NCBI RefSeq assembly: GCF_963921235.1
Contig: NC_086122.1
Span: 20,584,001 to 20,648,000, forward strand
DNA: 64,000 bases
Source: Mobula hypostoma
Lineage: Eukaryota
Direction: 5' to 3'
Shown: positions 12,911 to 26,393 of the stretch, piece by piece
Layout of the letters: every line of letters starts with the position of its first letter
Position numbering within the stretch: position 1 is the first letter of the stretch
Notes under the pieces: model-generated
Database searches by the model: none
What the model was told of the DNA's origin: nothing
The model's input: the letters and a program-made list of their open reading frames with translations, nothing else
Made by a program: the position numbers and the translations under genes

Positions 12911-14771
12911 TTGTGTTCAAACAGGGAAATCAGACCAGAAGTATGAAACTGACTTGAACGTATCTTTAATAATTAACCATAATGAGAAAGCCTAGTAAGC
13001 TTAATTACCTATTAATTACACACTCGCCCACCAAATGAATAGCATTTCTGGCAGGAAATATTCGGTCATATTATTTCCAAAAAATAGATGTCAGAAATAA
13101 TGATATCCACAGTGTAACTGATTCATGCAAGAATTGTGAAATACCACTCCGCTCCATTGCCAAAATTGTGCACCGAACATGAGGTTGGACTCAACCAATG
13201 AAACCAATCCATCAATTATCATTTTTGTCAGCTTTTCAGCATTGATAATTCTATTTATTACCAATGAAATCACAAGGCAACAGATAATCATTGTTGCCTA
13301 ATGATTTCACAGTGCATGTCTGATGCTCATGTCCGCTGGAAATTGACAGGCTGAAACACCTCAAAAAGAGATCCTTATCATGAGTAACATTCACACAAAA
13401 AGCCGAAGGAACTGTACAGGTCCAGCACCATCTATGGAGAGAAATGAACGGTCGATGTTTCTAGCTGAGACCCTTCACTAGCACAATTTGATGTGCCAAA
13501 TTCCTCCAGCATTTTGTGTTTGTTACTCTGGATTTTCAGCATCTGCAGAATCTCTTGATTTTCTGCTCCTCATCATGATGTGCCTTTGGCAAGAGGAAGC
13601 CAAAGATACCTTTGTGTTTCATTTGCACGAACAAATAAAATGACAGATGACAAATAAAATAATCAGGTTCAGAATCCTGGTGACTCTGTCTTGCACTCAG
13701 GAATGTTGCCTACGGCAAACTAGGCAAATTGGCGACATGCCCTTGAAGCTGAGTTGTAAGTCATTAATTGGTGCCATTTCATTCGAGCCCAACAGCTTTA
13801 TACCAAAGATCAGGCCAAATCCATTGAAGTGGAATGTACGTAGGTTATAGGTAGATGTGACAGAGAGCACTCGGTAAACATATTCCTTACACACGCGCAT
13901 TTATATACACACAAACATGGCCCTGTCATTGAGCTAAGTGTACGCACTTCAATGTCTTCCCCAGTGTATTCTTATAATGAGTTTTCTATCAAGTTGCTGT
14001 GCTCAGGTTGGCTATGAGGTGTCTTTCTCACCACACACAGCAGAATATTCTATATCTTTAGTAATGGGGCATATGTAAGTATGTGTATGTTGTTTGTACA
14101 CTGCGCTTAAGGTAGATACTTTTGTTTATTTTGTAATATGATTGTAACTACATTGTGGGGTGCATCATATTCTAATTCATGTGTAGTCTTAAGTTAACTT
14201 TGTATCTAAGTAAAGATAATATGTTCTGGTCCCTAATAAACAAGGTTCATTGGTCTCAGTGGGAGAGAGAGATCAGGGCTACTAGGAGTTCACCCTGGAC
14301 AAAGTGTGGATCTATTATTGTGTTTTCTGGTAAATGCTTTTTTGTAAATATTGGCAGTTTTCTTTTCAGTATTTTTGCTCATTTTTGTAAGTTTGATTTT
14401 CGACACACCCAATAAGCACACTTGTGCTGAAGTGCTAAGTGACTCCAGCCACTTTTCCTTTGGTCAAAATCCACGTATCTAACATATGGCAACAGCGGTG
14501 GGATGGCCAGTCACATAGAGGGGTACAGAAACTGAAGAAGCGTGGGACTGCAGTCCCAAGTCTGGAAAGTCTCTGAGGCGAAAAATGAAGCAGATGGCAG
14601 GGAAACAGTGAAGACCTCAGAGGGGTAGGAACCTCAGGCCAGAAGCAGAAGGGCCCTCTGAATCCTTCTTGGAATATCTGTTCAGAGACTTTTTGTCAGT
14701 CCAGCAGAGGAGAGATGATACTTTTAGGAAGGAGCTTCAAAGCCTGCTGAAAAGTCCTAAGGTGCCTTCTT

Positions 14772-15058
14772 CGTGATACAGTGGTGTAGTAGTTAGCACA
14801 ATGCTTTACAGTACCAATTACGCCTGTTCAATTCCTGCTGCTGTTCGTAAGGAGTTTGTACATTCTTCCTGTGACCCCTTGTGTTTTCTCCTGGTGCTCC
14901 GGTTTCCTCCCACAGTCCAAAGCCGTACCAGTTGATAGATTAATTGATCATCGCAAGTTTTTCCATGATTAGGCAAGGGTTAAGTCAGGATTTGCTGAGC
15001 AGAACAGCTCAAAGGGCCAGAAGAGCCTATTCTGCACTGTATCTCAATAAAAGAATTA
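14772..15058 (+). mobile_element. Full-length V-SINE (HE1-like) inserted in Gypsy gag
   Basis: tRNA head, V-domain ctcctggtgctccggtttcctcccacagtccaaag, CR1-like tail; 13-bp TSD AAG(G/A)TGCCTTCTT at 14759-14771 and 15059-15071. Confidence 0.9.
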
Positions 15059-15459
15059 AAGATGCCTTCTTATTAACAAAGTGACAATATGGTGAACTAT
15101 CTCCTCAGGTTCAGGAGGATGGGCCAGATATGACAATGACCAGAAGAGGAGTGGGCCTGCTAGTTAGTGCGACTACTGACAGGTAAAGCTTTCGAAGCCT
15201 ACACAGCAATGGATGAAGAGAGGTCCAACAACTATCCTGACCTGGAGCAGCTGCTGCGTGTTCCGGCTCCAGACATTAGAACGTGGGTCCGACAGCATGA
15301 GCCAGCGAAAGGATTCACTACAGCCTGTATTGCCCTGAAGTACCTCACTGCCTGCAAGGGTGTGCCATTGTGGCAATCATTCCAAAGCAACGGAGACTCT
15401 ACCACTCCAAGAGACTCTCAGGGCAATTGTAGAACTGGGGAGTGAGAGAAACGAAGGTA

Positions 15460-16262
15460 AAGAACCTTTACTTTTTACTTTATACTTTATTGTCGCCAAA
15501 CAATTGATACCAGAATGTACAATCATCACAGCAATATTTGATTCTGCGCTTCCCGCTCCCTGGATTACAAATCGATAGTAAATGTTAAAAATTTAAATTA
15601 TAAATCATAAATAGAAAATAGAAAAATGAGAAGTAAGGTAGTACAAAAAAACCAAGAGGCAGATCCGGATATTTGGAGGGTACGGCCCAGATCCAGGTCA
15701 GAATCCGTTCAGCAGTCTTATCACAGTTGGAAAGAAGCTGTTCCCAAATCTGGCCGTATGAGTCTTCAAGATCCTGAGCCTTCTCCTGGGGGGAAGAAGG
15801 ACAAAAAGTGCGTTGGCTGGGTGGGTCATGTCCTTGATTATCCTGGCAGCACTGCTCCGACAGCGTGCGGTGTAAAGTGAGTCCAAGGACAGAAGATTGG
15901 TTTGTGTGATGTGCTGCATCGTGTTCACGATCTTCTGCAGCTTCTTTCAGTCTTGGACAGGACAACTTCCATACTAGGTTGTGATGCACCCTAGAAGAAT
16001 GCTTTCTACGGTGCATCTGTAAAAATTAGTGAGGGGACAGGCCAAATTTCTTTAGTTTTCTCAGGAAGTAAAGGCACTGGTGGGCCTTCTTGGCAGTGGA
16101 CTCTACTTGGTTGGACCAAGTCAGGTCATTTGTGATATTGACCCCGAGGAACTTAAAGCTTTTGACCTGTTCCACTTGTGCACCACCGATGTAAATTGGG
16201 TCGTGCAGTCCACTACTCCTTCTGAAGTCAACAACCAATTCCTTCGTCTTGCTGACGTTGAG
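15460..16262 (-). mobile_element. 5'-truncated Rex/Babar LINE inside the Gypsy element
   Basis: LNVSKTKELVVDFRR...FKFLGVNITNDLTWS...YFLRKLKKFGL; RFGNSFFPTVIRLLN. Confidence 0.9.
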
Positions 16263-17384
16263 TAGTTTAGTAGTTTCTTCTAAGACTTTATTTGCTACCA
16301 TTGTCAGCAGCCAGGTCATAAGTCCTCTCTGTGTCCTATGAAGGAGCCTTAATTGTCAGGTATGTGCTATGTACCAATAAAGGGAGAATGTAACGATTGT
16401 AAATATAGTAATGAACAACAAGCAGAATGTGAGTGGAAAGAGCCTATGTTTATAATAGTTAAATTTAATGGGAAACCAGTTAAAGATCTTTTATCTTCTG
16501 GTAGCTCATCGTCGTTAATAAAAACTATGCCCCTGCGTTTGGTTCTGACCAGTCACCAAACACCTATCCGAAGTATCCATGGAGATTGGAAATCTAAGCC
16601 ACTGGCTGAACTCACTATTGAGCTGGATGACCGCAAGTGCTTGATGAAACTGGGGTTGCTGGGAAACTACCAGTTGATATGATTCTGGGGACAGAGTTTC
16701 CTGTGTTACATGAGTTACTGAGGAAGGGAAATAGCCAATCACATCCCTTGGTTAATCCAGGAGTAGAGAGTGATGCTTCGTATTTCAGCAGGACCCATGT
16801 TAACACCAAAGCAGTGGCCAGATTGCAATCTCTGCCTAACTTGAATGCTGGCCTAGGCAAGGGAGGAACCAAAAGGCCGAGAAAGTTACCCTAGCAACGG
16901 CGCCTTGAGAAACATGCCGGTTCTCCTGCCTGTAGTGATATTTGTACAGGTGAGGTAGGGTGCATTATATTCATGTGTAAGTTAACTTTGTGGGTAATTA
17001 TAGATGGTATATCCTAGTGCCAAATAAATAGGGCTCATCAGTCTCAGTGGGCGAGAGAGATTGGGGCTGCCAGGCGTTCACACTGAACGAAGTATGGAGC
17101 TATTATTGTGTTGTCTGGTAGATATCTTTTTGTAAATATTAGCAGTTTTCTTTTTGTTATTTTTGCTAATTTTTGTATGTTTTATTTTGGCACACCTAAT
17201 AAACACTTGCATTAAAGTTCCAAGTGACTCCAGCCACTTTTCCATTGGCCAAAACCTATGTAACAGTAGAATTTCTGAAAAACCAAGCGTGATTTTTGAG
17301 TAATTGGCTTTGGTGCTTCAGAGCATGAAATGTATTTGAGCACATGCAAAAGCTTCAAGATTCAATTGCGCAGTGAAATGTTTT

Positions 17385-17920
17385 TAGGATAGATTTTGTC
17401 CTTTCCTATCTAAGAAAGGGTGTTCTGACATTAGAGAGGGTCCTGAGGAAGTTCACAAAAATGAAAGTGTTAACATGTGAGAAGTATTTGATGTCTTTGA
17501 GTCTGTATTCAGTAGAGTTTAGAAGTATGGGGAGGGACTTCATTGAAATCTATCGAATATTGAAAGACCTAGGTGGAGTGGCTGCACAGAAGATATTTCC
17601 TATAGTGGGAAAGTCTAGGACCAGAGGGCACAGCCTCAGGATAGAAGGACATCCCATTAGAACAGAGATGAGGAGGAATTTCTTCAGCCAAAGGTGGTGA
17701 ATCTGTGAAATTCATTGCCACAGACAGCTGTGGAGGCCAAATCATTGGGTATATTTAAAGTGGGAGATTGATAGGTCTTAATTAGTAAAGGCATCAAAGG
17801 TTAAGAGAAGAAGGCAGGAGAATGGATTTGAGAGGGCTTATAAATCAGCCGTGATGGGACGACAGAGCAGACATGATGGGCTGAATGGCATAATTCTGCC
17901 CCTATGCCTTATGGTCTTAT
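17385..17920 (+). mobile_element. CR1 LINE 3' fragment
   Basis: SRTRGHSLRIEGHPIRTEMRRNFFSQR; tatggtcttat tail. Confidence 0.85.
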
Positions 17921-19114
17921 ACTACTGAGAGGCAAAGACACCTACTGACTTGGTGAACACCTTTCCTGAGACTGAGGACAGCTGTCTCCCACAACTACCA
18001 CCACCTATTTGCCTGCCATTGCACATATTAAAAGCAATGATGTTTGACCAGTATTGCTAATGTACTGTATGTAAAAATGCATGATAATAAAACACGGGTC
18101 ACCCATGATGGTCTTGTAAAAGGCTCCTAGGCTGTCATATTTTTACCGTACACAAGGTTAAATTTGCCCAAAGAACAGGACCAAACGAAAGTGCAAAATA
18201 AGTTTTCCTCCAGGATCTCCCACCACTATGGAGAGTAAAGTTCATGGACAAAGTGTTCCGGAAAGCTGAATGGAGCACGAACTGTTTCTTCAGTCTGAAA
18301 TTTTAACTCTGTTTTTCTTTCCACAGATCTCACCTGTCCTGCTGAGATTTTCCCTCATTTTCTTTTTTTTTATCTCAGACATCCAATATCTACAGCTTTT
18401 GATTTACATACAAAATATTACATTAAACAATATAATTTCAATGTCTTTAACTTCCATCCAGATACAACAAAGTAGAGTAACACATGTCATATTGGTAATG
18501 AATTTCTTAATAAGACCTTGAATCAGTAAGTTTACCAATGTGCAATCGACTTGATATAATTACAGCCTCATGACGTATGAACATTTATCTAACTGCAATT
18601 AGAATGTGATTGAGCATAAGAAAGAAATACAAAGACCTTATTGAGATTATAAAGGATGATTATGATGTAATAGGGACAAAGGATACTTGTATTATAGTGG
18701 ATAGATTTACGATTACAAATTCCTGATAAGCAGCTATGTGTATCAGACTATTTTAATCTCACAGAGACAGCATTAATCTCTCAAAAGCACCTCATAATAT
18801 TAGCATTTAAGAGTAGCACACACCATCTTGTAAATTAAGCATTGTTTATTACTCATTATAACCTTCCATTTACAAAGTTATCCATTTGATGATTCTCTCA
18901 ATGAATCAGTATGTGGGTTGTGTACACTGAGGAGTTGGGCTCATTTTTTCAAATCTCTGGAAGACTTTTATCTCAACCAGATATGAGGAATACCCGGACA
19001 TTACCTCACTGCGGGGGTTTAGTAATTACGTGTATACAACATTTAGGTGGGAATAACTCATGTGTTACTCATGATGACGAGCTCATTTTGAGGTGTTTCA
19101 GCTTGTCACTCTCC

Positions 19115-19560
19115 AGTGGATTCGGCCCAGTACATCACAGGTAAAACCCTCCCAACCGTTGAACACATCTACATGAAACGTTGCCATAGAAAAACAGCAT
19201 CCATCATCAAAGATCCTCACCACCCAGGCCGTGCTCTTTTCTTGCTGTTGCCATCAGATAGAAAATACAGGTGCCTTAGGACTCACACCAACAGGTTCAA
19301 GAACAATTATTACCCTTCAACCATCAGGCTCTTGAACAAAAGGGAATAACTACACCAGTTAAGGACTCTTGTTATTTCACGCTCGTTAATTATTGCTATT
19401 TATGTATGATCTGCATTTGCAGTTTGTTTACAGTTTCCAGCTCCTGAAGTTTACAGTTACAGTTCTATAGATTTGCAAAGAATGCCCGCAGGAAAAGAAA
19501 CCTCAGGGTTGTATGTGGTGACATGTATGTACTCTGATAATAATTTTTTCTTTGACTTTG
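19115..19560 (+). mobile_element. Rex/Babar LINE 3' end
   Basis: AQYITGKTLPTVEHIYMKRC...HPGRALFLLLPSDRKYRCLRTHTNRFKN; same subfamily as 22790-23100. Confidence 0.85.
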
Positions 19561-21101
19561 GACATGAGCATCAACTGTACTAGACATGTAACTTGAAATC
19601 ACTAGGCAACATGGAATATCCATGGATTCTGGAATGCTGAATAAATTTATGCTCCTGTTTGAAAACTAGAAATTGTACTTGTTCACCTACAAACTGGGGA
19701 ATGGTTACTTGCACTGATGTCAGCGACAAAAACATGCTTTGTCAGCCGAAGAAGTGTAAGGACAAAGGAAGCCAAGATTCCCAATCAATAAAATTGATAA
19801 AACTGGCAAATGAAAATGTTGTGACACCACATATTTAACCCTTACATGACACATGTGTGCCAAGAATTTAGAACCATTTGCTCTGGGACCACTTTGCACG
19901 TGCTTGACGAGTTAGTGTCAATTTGCTGGTGAAGTCTCATCCATTGAGAAAATGGGCCAAGCTCCTCCGGTAACTATCCACCCTGACAAAACTTTCCTTC
20001 TTTCAGTTCATTGTGCACATCAACGTGCAGGACAACACTTCACTTATTTAGCAGTTCAAATTTGAATAAAAGTACTTCAAAAGTTCATTTATTATCAAAG
20101 TATACAACGCTGAAATCCTTCTTCTCCAGATAGCCACGAAACCAGGAAAGAAAACAATGGTACATCAACCCCCAAATCCCTCCTCCCTGCACAAAAAAAA
20201 CAAAAGCAGAACAGGTACACTGACCCCCAAATGTCCCTCCCCGCACACAAATCAATGAGAAATATCGGGCAAGGAACACAAAATATTGAAAAGCACTTCA
20301 ACCTTTGTAAATATCTCACAGTAAAATGAAGACTACCTCACAATGAAAGTAGAAAATTAACATCTCCACCTTCCTCCTTAACCACATGCACATAGGAAAA
20401 TTATTTTTTTTATTTTTTGAAATGGAAACCTGTTCCATTTTTTATATAGGAGGTCAATCAGTGCTGGCAGCTCCCTGTAAAGACTGAAGAGGCTGTAAGC
20501 TGATAAGTGCAGCTGATAAGCCCAAAATTTATGATCTTTTATACCCTGGGTATCTATGAACATGGAATTCCACCAGCCCCCTATCCCACACCTGTTCTCC
20601 CTTTCCATTTTCCATGATGCAATCACAGACCTGTCCCCACCATTCTCTCCCAGCCCCATGACAGCTAAGGCAGCCTTGGAGAGATCTCTTGGTTAGCAGA
20701 AATCCATTTCCCAAGGTGTGCAGGTGAAAACTGGTGTTGCTGCAAGTCTGCAGCAGCTGCCACCTGTGAAATGCATCGGCTGGGATTTAATGCAGGGGAG
20801 AAGAAGGGGAAGCCACAGGCTGGAGGACAGAACTGTCTTCGGCTTGGGATCTGGCACCAGGCACGAGCCAGCTAGAAAACCCAAAAAAAAGATGTAAAAT
20901 TCAACTTCCAGGAAGTGATTGTTAGCAGTAATATATTTGAGGGAAAAGAGTCTGATTAAAGCAATCATCTGTGAAGGTGAAGTATTCTGAGACCACCTGC
21001 AGTAATGTCAGGACACTCTCTCTTTTCCCCTCTTCCGATGGGCAGAAGATAGAAGAGTATGAAAGCAGGCTCAAGGACTAATTCTACCCTGCTGTTATAA
21101 G

Positions 21102-21775
21102 GAGGGAGGAGAAGATGGCGACGCGACGCAGCGCGCGCGGCCTTTCCGGTGAAATGATATCGTATTTGTTGAATAGGGGCCATGCACAATCCTGATTTGA
21201 TGGAGACGGACGTGAAAAGCACGGAGGAACATCTGGAGAAACTTCTGAAATGCCCGGTTCGCTGCCGCTGCTGCTGTGCGATCGAGAATCTCTGGAGGGG
21301 AAGGCCCCAAATCCTCGGCTTTGCCAGTTGCTGGCGGCCAGAGCTGGGGTCGAAGCGCTCGGCAGATATGGTGCTCAGTGCTCGGTGTCGGAGAGCTGGT
21401 CGGAGGCTCGAAGTTTTCGGACGGACTGAGAGTCGGACTGTGGTTAGATGCTTCCAGGGTGTTCCATCGGCAAGTTTGGGGCGCTGGAAGCTCATTGCAG
21501 GGAGAGTTTTCTTCCTTCTGCATGAGATGTTGGGACTTTCGAGAGACTTTGAGACATTTTTTACCGTGACCATGGTCTGTTCTTCTATCAAATTACAGTA
21601 TTGCTTGCACTGTTGTAACTATATGTTATAATTATGTGGTTTTTGTTAGTTTTTCAGTCTTGATCTGTCCTGTGTTTCTGTGATATCACACCAGAGGAAT
21701 ATTGTGTCATTTCTTAATGCATGCATTACTAAATGACAATAAAAGAGGACTGCCTGTCCTCATAATCTAAATCTG
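21102..21775 (+). mobile_element. Non-autonomous ~670-bp retroposon with AAGATGGCG head and stem-loop/AATCT tail (copy 1)
   Basis: Collinear with 29312-29968; CpG-rich; 3' end AATGACAATAAA, GAGGAC-N5-GTCCTC hairpin, AATCT repeats. Confidence 0.75.
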
Positions 21776-21864
21776 AAAAAAAGACTATTCATGGATCTTC
21801 AACCCCTCGTTCTAGCAGTGTGTGGTACCCACCAGTTTCAACCAGGCTTCAATCGTACCGATAC

Positions 21865-23100
21865 CCACGGTAACCTGTCTAAATTACTATCACCCAGTGG
21901 CACTTACATTCACATTGATGAAGTGCTTTGAGAGGCTGGTGTTGAAACATATCAGCTCCTGCCTGAGTGGTGACTTGGATCCACGCTAGTTCACCTACCG
22001 AAGCAGATGCTATCTCGTTGGCTCTTCACACAACCCTGGAGCATCTGGCCAGCAAAGATGCATAGCTCTTTATCGATTACAGCTCGGCATTTAACACCAT
22101 CATCCCCTCAAAACTAATCAGTAAGCTCCAAGACCTGGGCCTCAATACCCCCTTGTGCAATTGGATCCTGGATTTCCTCACTTATAGACCCCAGTCAGTT
22201 TGGATTGGCGAAACACATCTTCTCCAGAATTTCCAATTGCACAGGAGCACTGCAGGGATGTGTACTCAGTCCCCTGCTCTACTCACTTTACACCTATGAC
22301 TGTGTGGTTAAGTACAGCTCCAAAACCATATACAAGTTTGCTGATGACACCACTGTTGTGGGCTGTATCAAAGGGGGTGATGAATCAGCACACAGGAGGG
22401 AGATTGAAAACTTGGCTGAGTGGTGTAATAACAAACTCTTACTCGATGTCAATAAGACAAAGGAAGTGATTGTAGTCTTCAGGAGAGGGAAACCAGAGGT
22501 CCATGAGCCAGTAATCATCGAAGGATCAGAGATGGAGAGGGTCAGTAACTTTAAATTCCTGAATGTCATTCTCTCAGAGGAGCTGCCCCATACTCATCAA
22601 ATAAATATTACTGTGAAGAAAGCACAACAGCGCTACTTCCTCAGGAGTCTGCAGAGGTTCAGCATATCATCGAAAACCTTAGCAAACTTCTATAGATGTG
22701 TGATGGGAAGTGTGCTGACGGGCTGCATTACAACCTGGTACGGGAACACCAAAGCCTTTGAGCGAAAAATCCTGAGGCCCAGCATTTGGCCCAGTACATC
22801 ATGGGTAAAACCCTCCCAACCATTGAGCACATCTACATGAAACGTTGTCGTAGAAAAGCAGCATACATCATCACCACCCAGGCCATGCTCTTTTCTCGCT
22901 GCTGCCATCAGGTAGAAAGTACAGGTGCCTCAGGACTCACACCACCAGGTTTAAGAACAGTTAATGCCCCTCAACTATCAGGCTCTAGAACAAAAGGGGA
23001 TAACTACACTTATTTAAGGACTCTGTTATATTGTTATTTCATGCTCGTTATTTATTGCTGTTTAGTTATACCTACATTTGCACAGTTTGTTTACAGAATG
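21865..23100 (+). mobile_element. Rex/Babar LINE reverse transcriptase remnant
   Basis: [45 protein letters not shown]; frameshifted. Confidence 0.9.
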
Positions 23101-23349
23101 TGGAATAAAGAGCAACAGAAATTACTGTTATTGTCTTCCCTCAATACACAGAGTAATGAATAGATCTGTAAGAATAGTAAGCAAGACGAGCTTGTCTCTC
23201 TACCTTGGTACATGTGACAATAATAAAACCAATTCCAATTCTAGATCGAAGTAGCAGTCATCATAACAACTGGCAACAAAAGTTCAGGATTAAGAGGGGG
23301 AATCGGCAAACGCGGTTGAGAAACGGATGGTGCTCAGACATGGCTTGGA

Positions 23350-25180
23350 AACCCCATAGGAAATCGGCAAAAGTTCAGTACCTTGACACTAAGTCTGGCA
23401 CTATGGCTCAGAAGGAACAGAGGTGAAGTGGACTGTACTGGTGATAGGAGATTCCATAGTCAGAGGAAAAGAGATAAGATTCTGCAGGCATGATATAGAC
23501 ACCCGGATGGTACGTTTCCTCCCAGGCGCCACGGTCAAAGATGTCTCAGATCAGGTCCATAGCATTCCAAAGGGGGAGGGTGAGCAGCCAGAACTCCTGG
23601 CACATATTGATACCAATGGCATACTGTGGGTAGGAAAGGTGAGGAGATCCTGAAGAGGGACTTTAGGGAGCTCGGCAGAAAGCTGAAAAACTTGGCTTCC
23701 AGGGTAGTAATCTCTGGATTACTGGCCATGCCAAGTGCTAGTGAGGGCAGAAATAGGATGATTTGGCTGAGTAACTGGTGCAGGGGACAGGGTTTCAGAT
23801 TTGTGGATCATTGGGATCTCTTCCAGGGAAAGTACAAAGGAAACGGGTTACACCTGAACCCAAAGGGTACAAATATCTTTACAGGCAGGTTACAAGAACT
23901 GTTCAGGAGAATTTAAACTAATTTGGCAGGGGGACGGGAACCGGAGTGACAGTGCTGAGGATGGGGTAGTTGGTTTGCAAACAGGCTGTGTGCAGTGAGA
24001 CAGCCAGCAAGCAGAGGCTGATGATAGGGCAAAATTGCAGTCAATGGGATGGGTTGCAATGTAAAAGGCAGACAAAATTAAAAAGGGTGAATACAGGACT
24101 GAAGGTGTTATATTTGCATGCACGCTGTATACAAAATAATGTAGATGAACTTGTAGCACAGTTACAGATTGGCATATTTGACATTGTGGGCATCACGGAA
24201 TCGTGGCTGAAAGAAGATTATAGCTGGGAGCTTAACATCCAAGGAGACGTATTTCTAGGGAATGCCTACAAGATGGCTTTTTAGAGCAGCTTGTGGTTGA
24301 GCCCACTAGGGAATCAGCTATCCTAGATTGGGTGTTGTGCAATGAACTGGAATTGATTAGAGAGTTTAAGGTAAAGGAACACTTCAGAGACAGTGATCAT
24401 AATATGCTAGAATTCACCTTGCAATTTGAGAAGAAGCTCAGTGGAGTAAAGGGAATTACAGAGGCATGAGAGAGGAGCTGGCCAAAATTGATTGGATGGG
24501 AACACTATCAAGGATGATGGCACAGCGGCAATGGCTGAAATTTCCTGGAGCATTTCGGAAGGCACACGATATATACTGTATATTCCAAAGAAGAAGTATT
24601 CTAAAGGTAGGATAATGAACTATGGCTGACAAGAGAAGTCAAAGCCACCATAAAAAACAAAGAGAGGGTATATAATGGAGCAAAAATTAGTGGGAAGTTT
24701 TAGGATTGGAAAGCTTTTTAAAAATCAACAGAAGACAACTATGAAAGTCACGAAGAAAGAACAGATGGAATACAAAGATGAGCTAGCCAATAATATTAAA
24801 GAGGATGCCAAAAGTTTCTACAGATATATAAAGAGTAAAAGGGAAGGAAAAGTATATATTGAACCACTGGAAAATTATGCTGGAGAGGTAGTAATGGAGG
24901 ACGAGCAAATGACTTACAAACCGAATTAGTATTTTGCATCAGTCTTTACTGTGGAAGGCACTAGCAGTATGCCAGAAATTCGGGAGTGTCTGGGCACGGG
25001 AGTGTGTGAAGTTGCCATTACTAGAGAGAAGGTAACATGAAAGGTCGGAAGGTAGGTAAGTCACACCAGGCTTCTGAAAGAGGTGGGTGAAAAGATTATG
25101 AAGGCACTAGTAATGATCTTTCAAGAAACAAGTGATTCTGGTATGGTTCCAGAGGACTTGAAAATTGCAAACGTCACTGT
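23350..25180 (+). mobile_element. CR1 LINE 5' part: ORF1 SGNH/GDSL esterase and ORF2 AP endonuclease remnants
   Basis: VLVIGDSIVRG...FLPGATVKDV...HIDTN...GLHLNPKG; LKVLYLHARCIQN...DIVGITESWL. Confidence 0.9.
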
Positions 25181-25871
25181 AGACACTGTCAATGGTGTGG
25201 GCGGGGCGGGGAGGGGGTGGAGATAACTGTACCAGTGATGAGCTGGGCTGCTCTCTGCTCTCTCTTGCATCTGGGCATTGGAATTCCCTTACTAGGCCAT
25301 GATGCAACCAACTTACAGAAATTTGCCAGTGTGTGTTCGGTAGCATGCTGAATCTCCTTAAGCTTCTGGGAAAATAGAGGCACTGGCACATCATTTTCTC
25401 ACTGCATCTGTGTATTGGGTTGAGAACAGGTCATCCAAGATGTTACCACCAAGAATCTAAGCCTATTTCTGCATTGGAGATGGCATGAGAACATAATAGA
25501 TACAAACTTAAAAAAGCTAACCATATTGTCTTACCGTGTTTAATGACCTCAGTACCTCCAATCCAATCTATTACTTCTGAAGGTTACTCACCTTAAGATC
25601 AGAAAACTTAAACTAAGGTGTTGTCTACTTGCTCTGGCATTTGTAATTGATCTCATGGAACAATGGGAATTAAGTTCTTTGTGTGTGATGGACAATATTG
25701 ATTTCTCAATCAGCGTAATTAGAATAGATTTTTCAGTCATTGTGACATTTTCCATATTGCTGTGCAAACTTTGACTGGAGTGTTTCTGCACTATAACCAC
25801 TTAACTTGAAAATTTTCTAATTGTATAAGTTTGAAGATTGCCTCCACAGTCTTCAGCAAGTCTGAGATATA

Positions 25872-26393
25872 CACTCAGTGGCCACTTTATTAGGTACAGG
25901 AGTGAAGCTGGTGCGGTCTTCTGCTGCTGTAGCCTATCCACTTCAGGCTTTGACAGTTTGTGCGCTCAGAGATACTCTTCTACACACAACTGTTGTAACA
26001 TGTGATGATTGAAGTTACTGTCGCCTTCCTATCAGTTTGAAACAGTTTGTCCATTCTACTATGACCTCTCTCATTAACAAGGTGTTTTTGCCACCGTTTG
26101 ACAGACTTTTTTGCACCATTCTCTGTAAACGCTAGAGACAGCTATGCGTGAAAATCCCAGGAGATTAGCAGCATCTCAAATACTCAAACCACCCCACCTG
26201 GCACCAACCAATCATTCCACAGTCAAAGTCACTTAGATCACATTTTTCCCCATTCTAATGTTTGTTCTGATCAACAACTGAATCTCTTGGACACGCCTGC
26301 ATGATTTTATGCATTGAGTTGCTGATACATGATGGGCTGATTAGATAGTATGAGTGGGTGTACAGGAGTACCTCATAAAGTGGCTTCTGAGTG
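25872..26393 (-). mobile_element. Non-autonomous Tc1/mariner derivative
   Basis: TIRs CACTCAGTGGCCACTTTATTAGGTAC / GTACCTCATAAAGTGGCTTCTGAGTG, TA on both flanks; interior is the reverse complement of 28449-29279. Confidence 0.9.

Larger units (their letters stand above)
14060..17265 (+). mobile_element. Internally deleted Gmr1-like Gypsy LTR retrotransposon (two LTRs, PBS, gag and protease remnants)
   Basis: Diverged direct repeats ~14158-14484 and ~16958-17265, both ending in ACA; PBS tggcaacagcggtgggat (14487-14504, tRNA-Leu-like); gag YLLRF...WAC*LVRLLTGKAFEAY...LEQLLRV...IRTWVRQHEP; protease VKFNGKPVKDLLSSGS...IHGD...LPVDMILGTEFP. The 5' boundary is uncertain. Confidence 0.85.

Noticed and set aside
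20965-21631. Overlapping 97-208 aa ORFs on both strands
   Set aside because: They come from a GC-rich repeat, and the frames are not preserved in the second copy at 29312.
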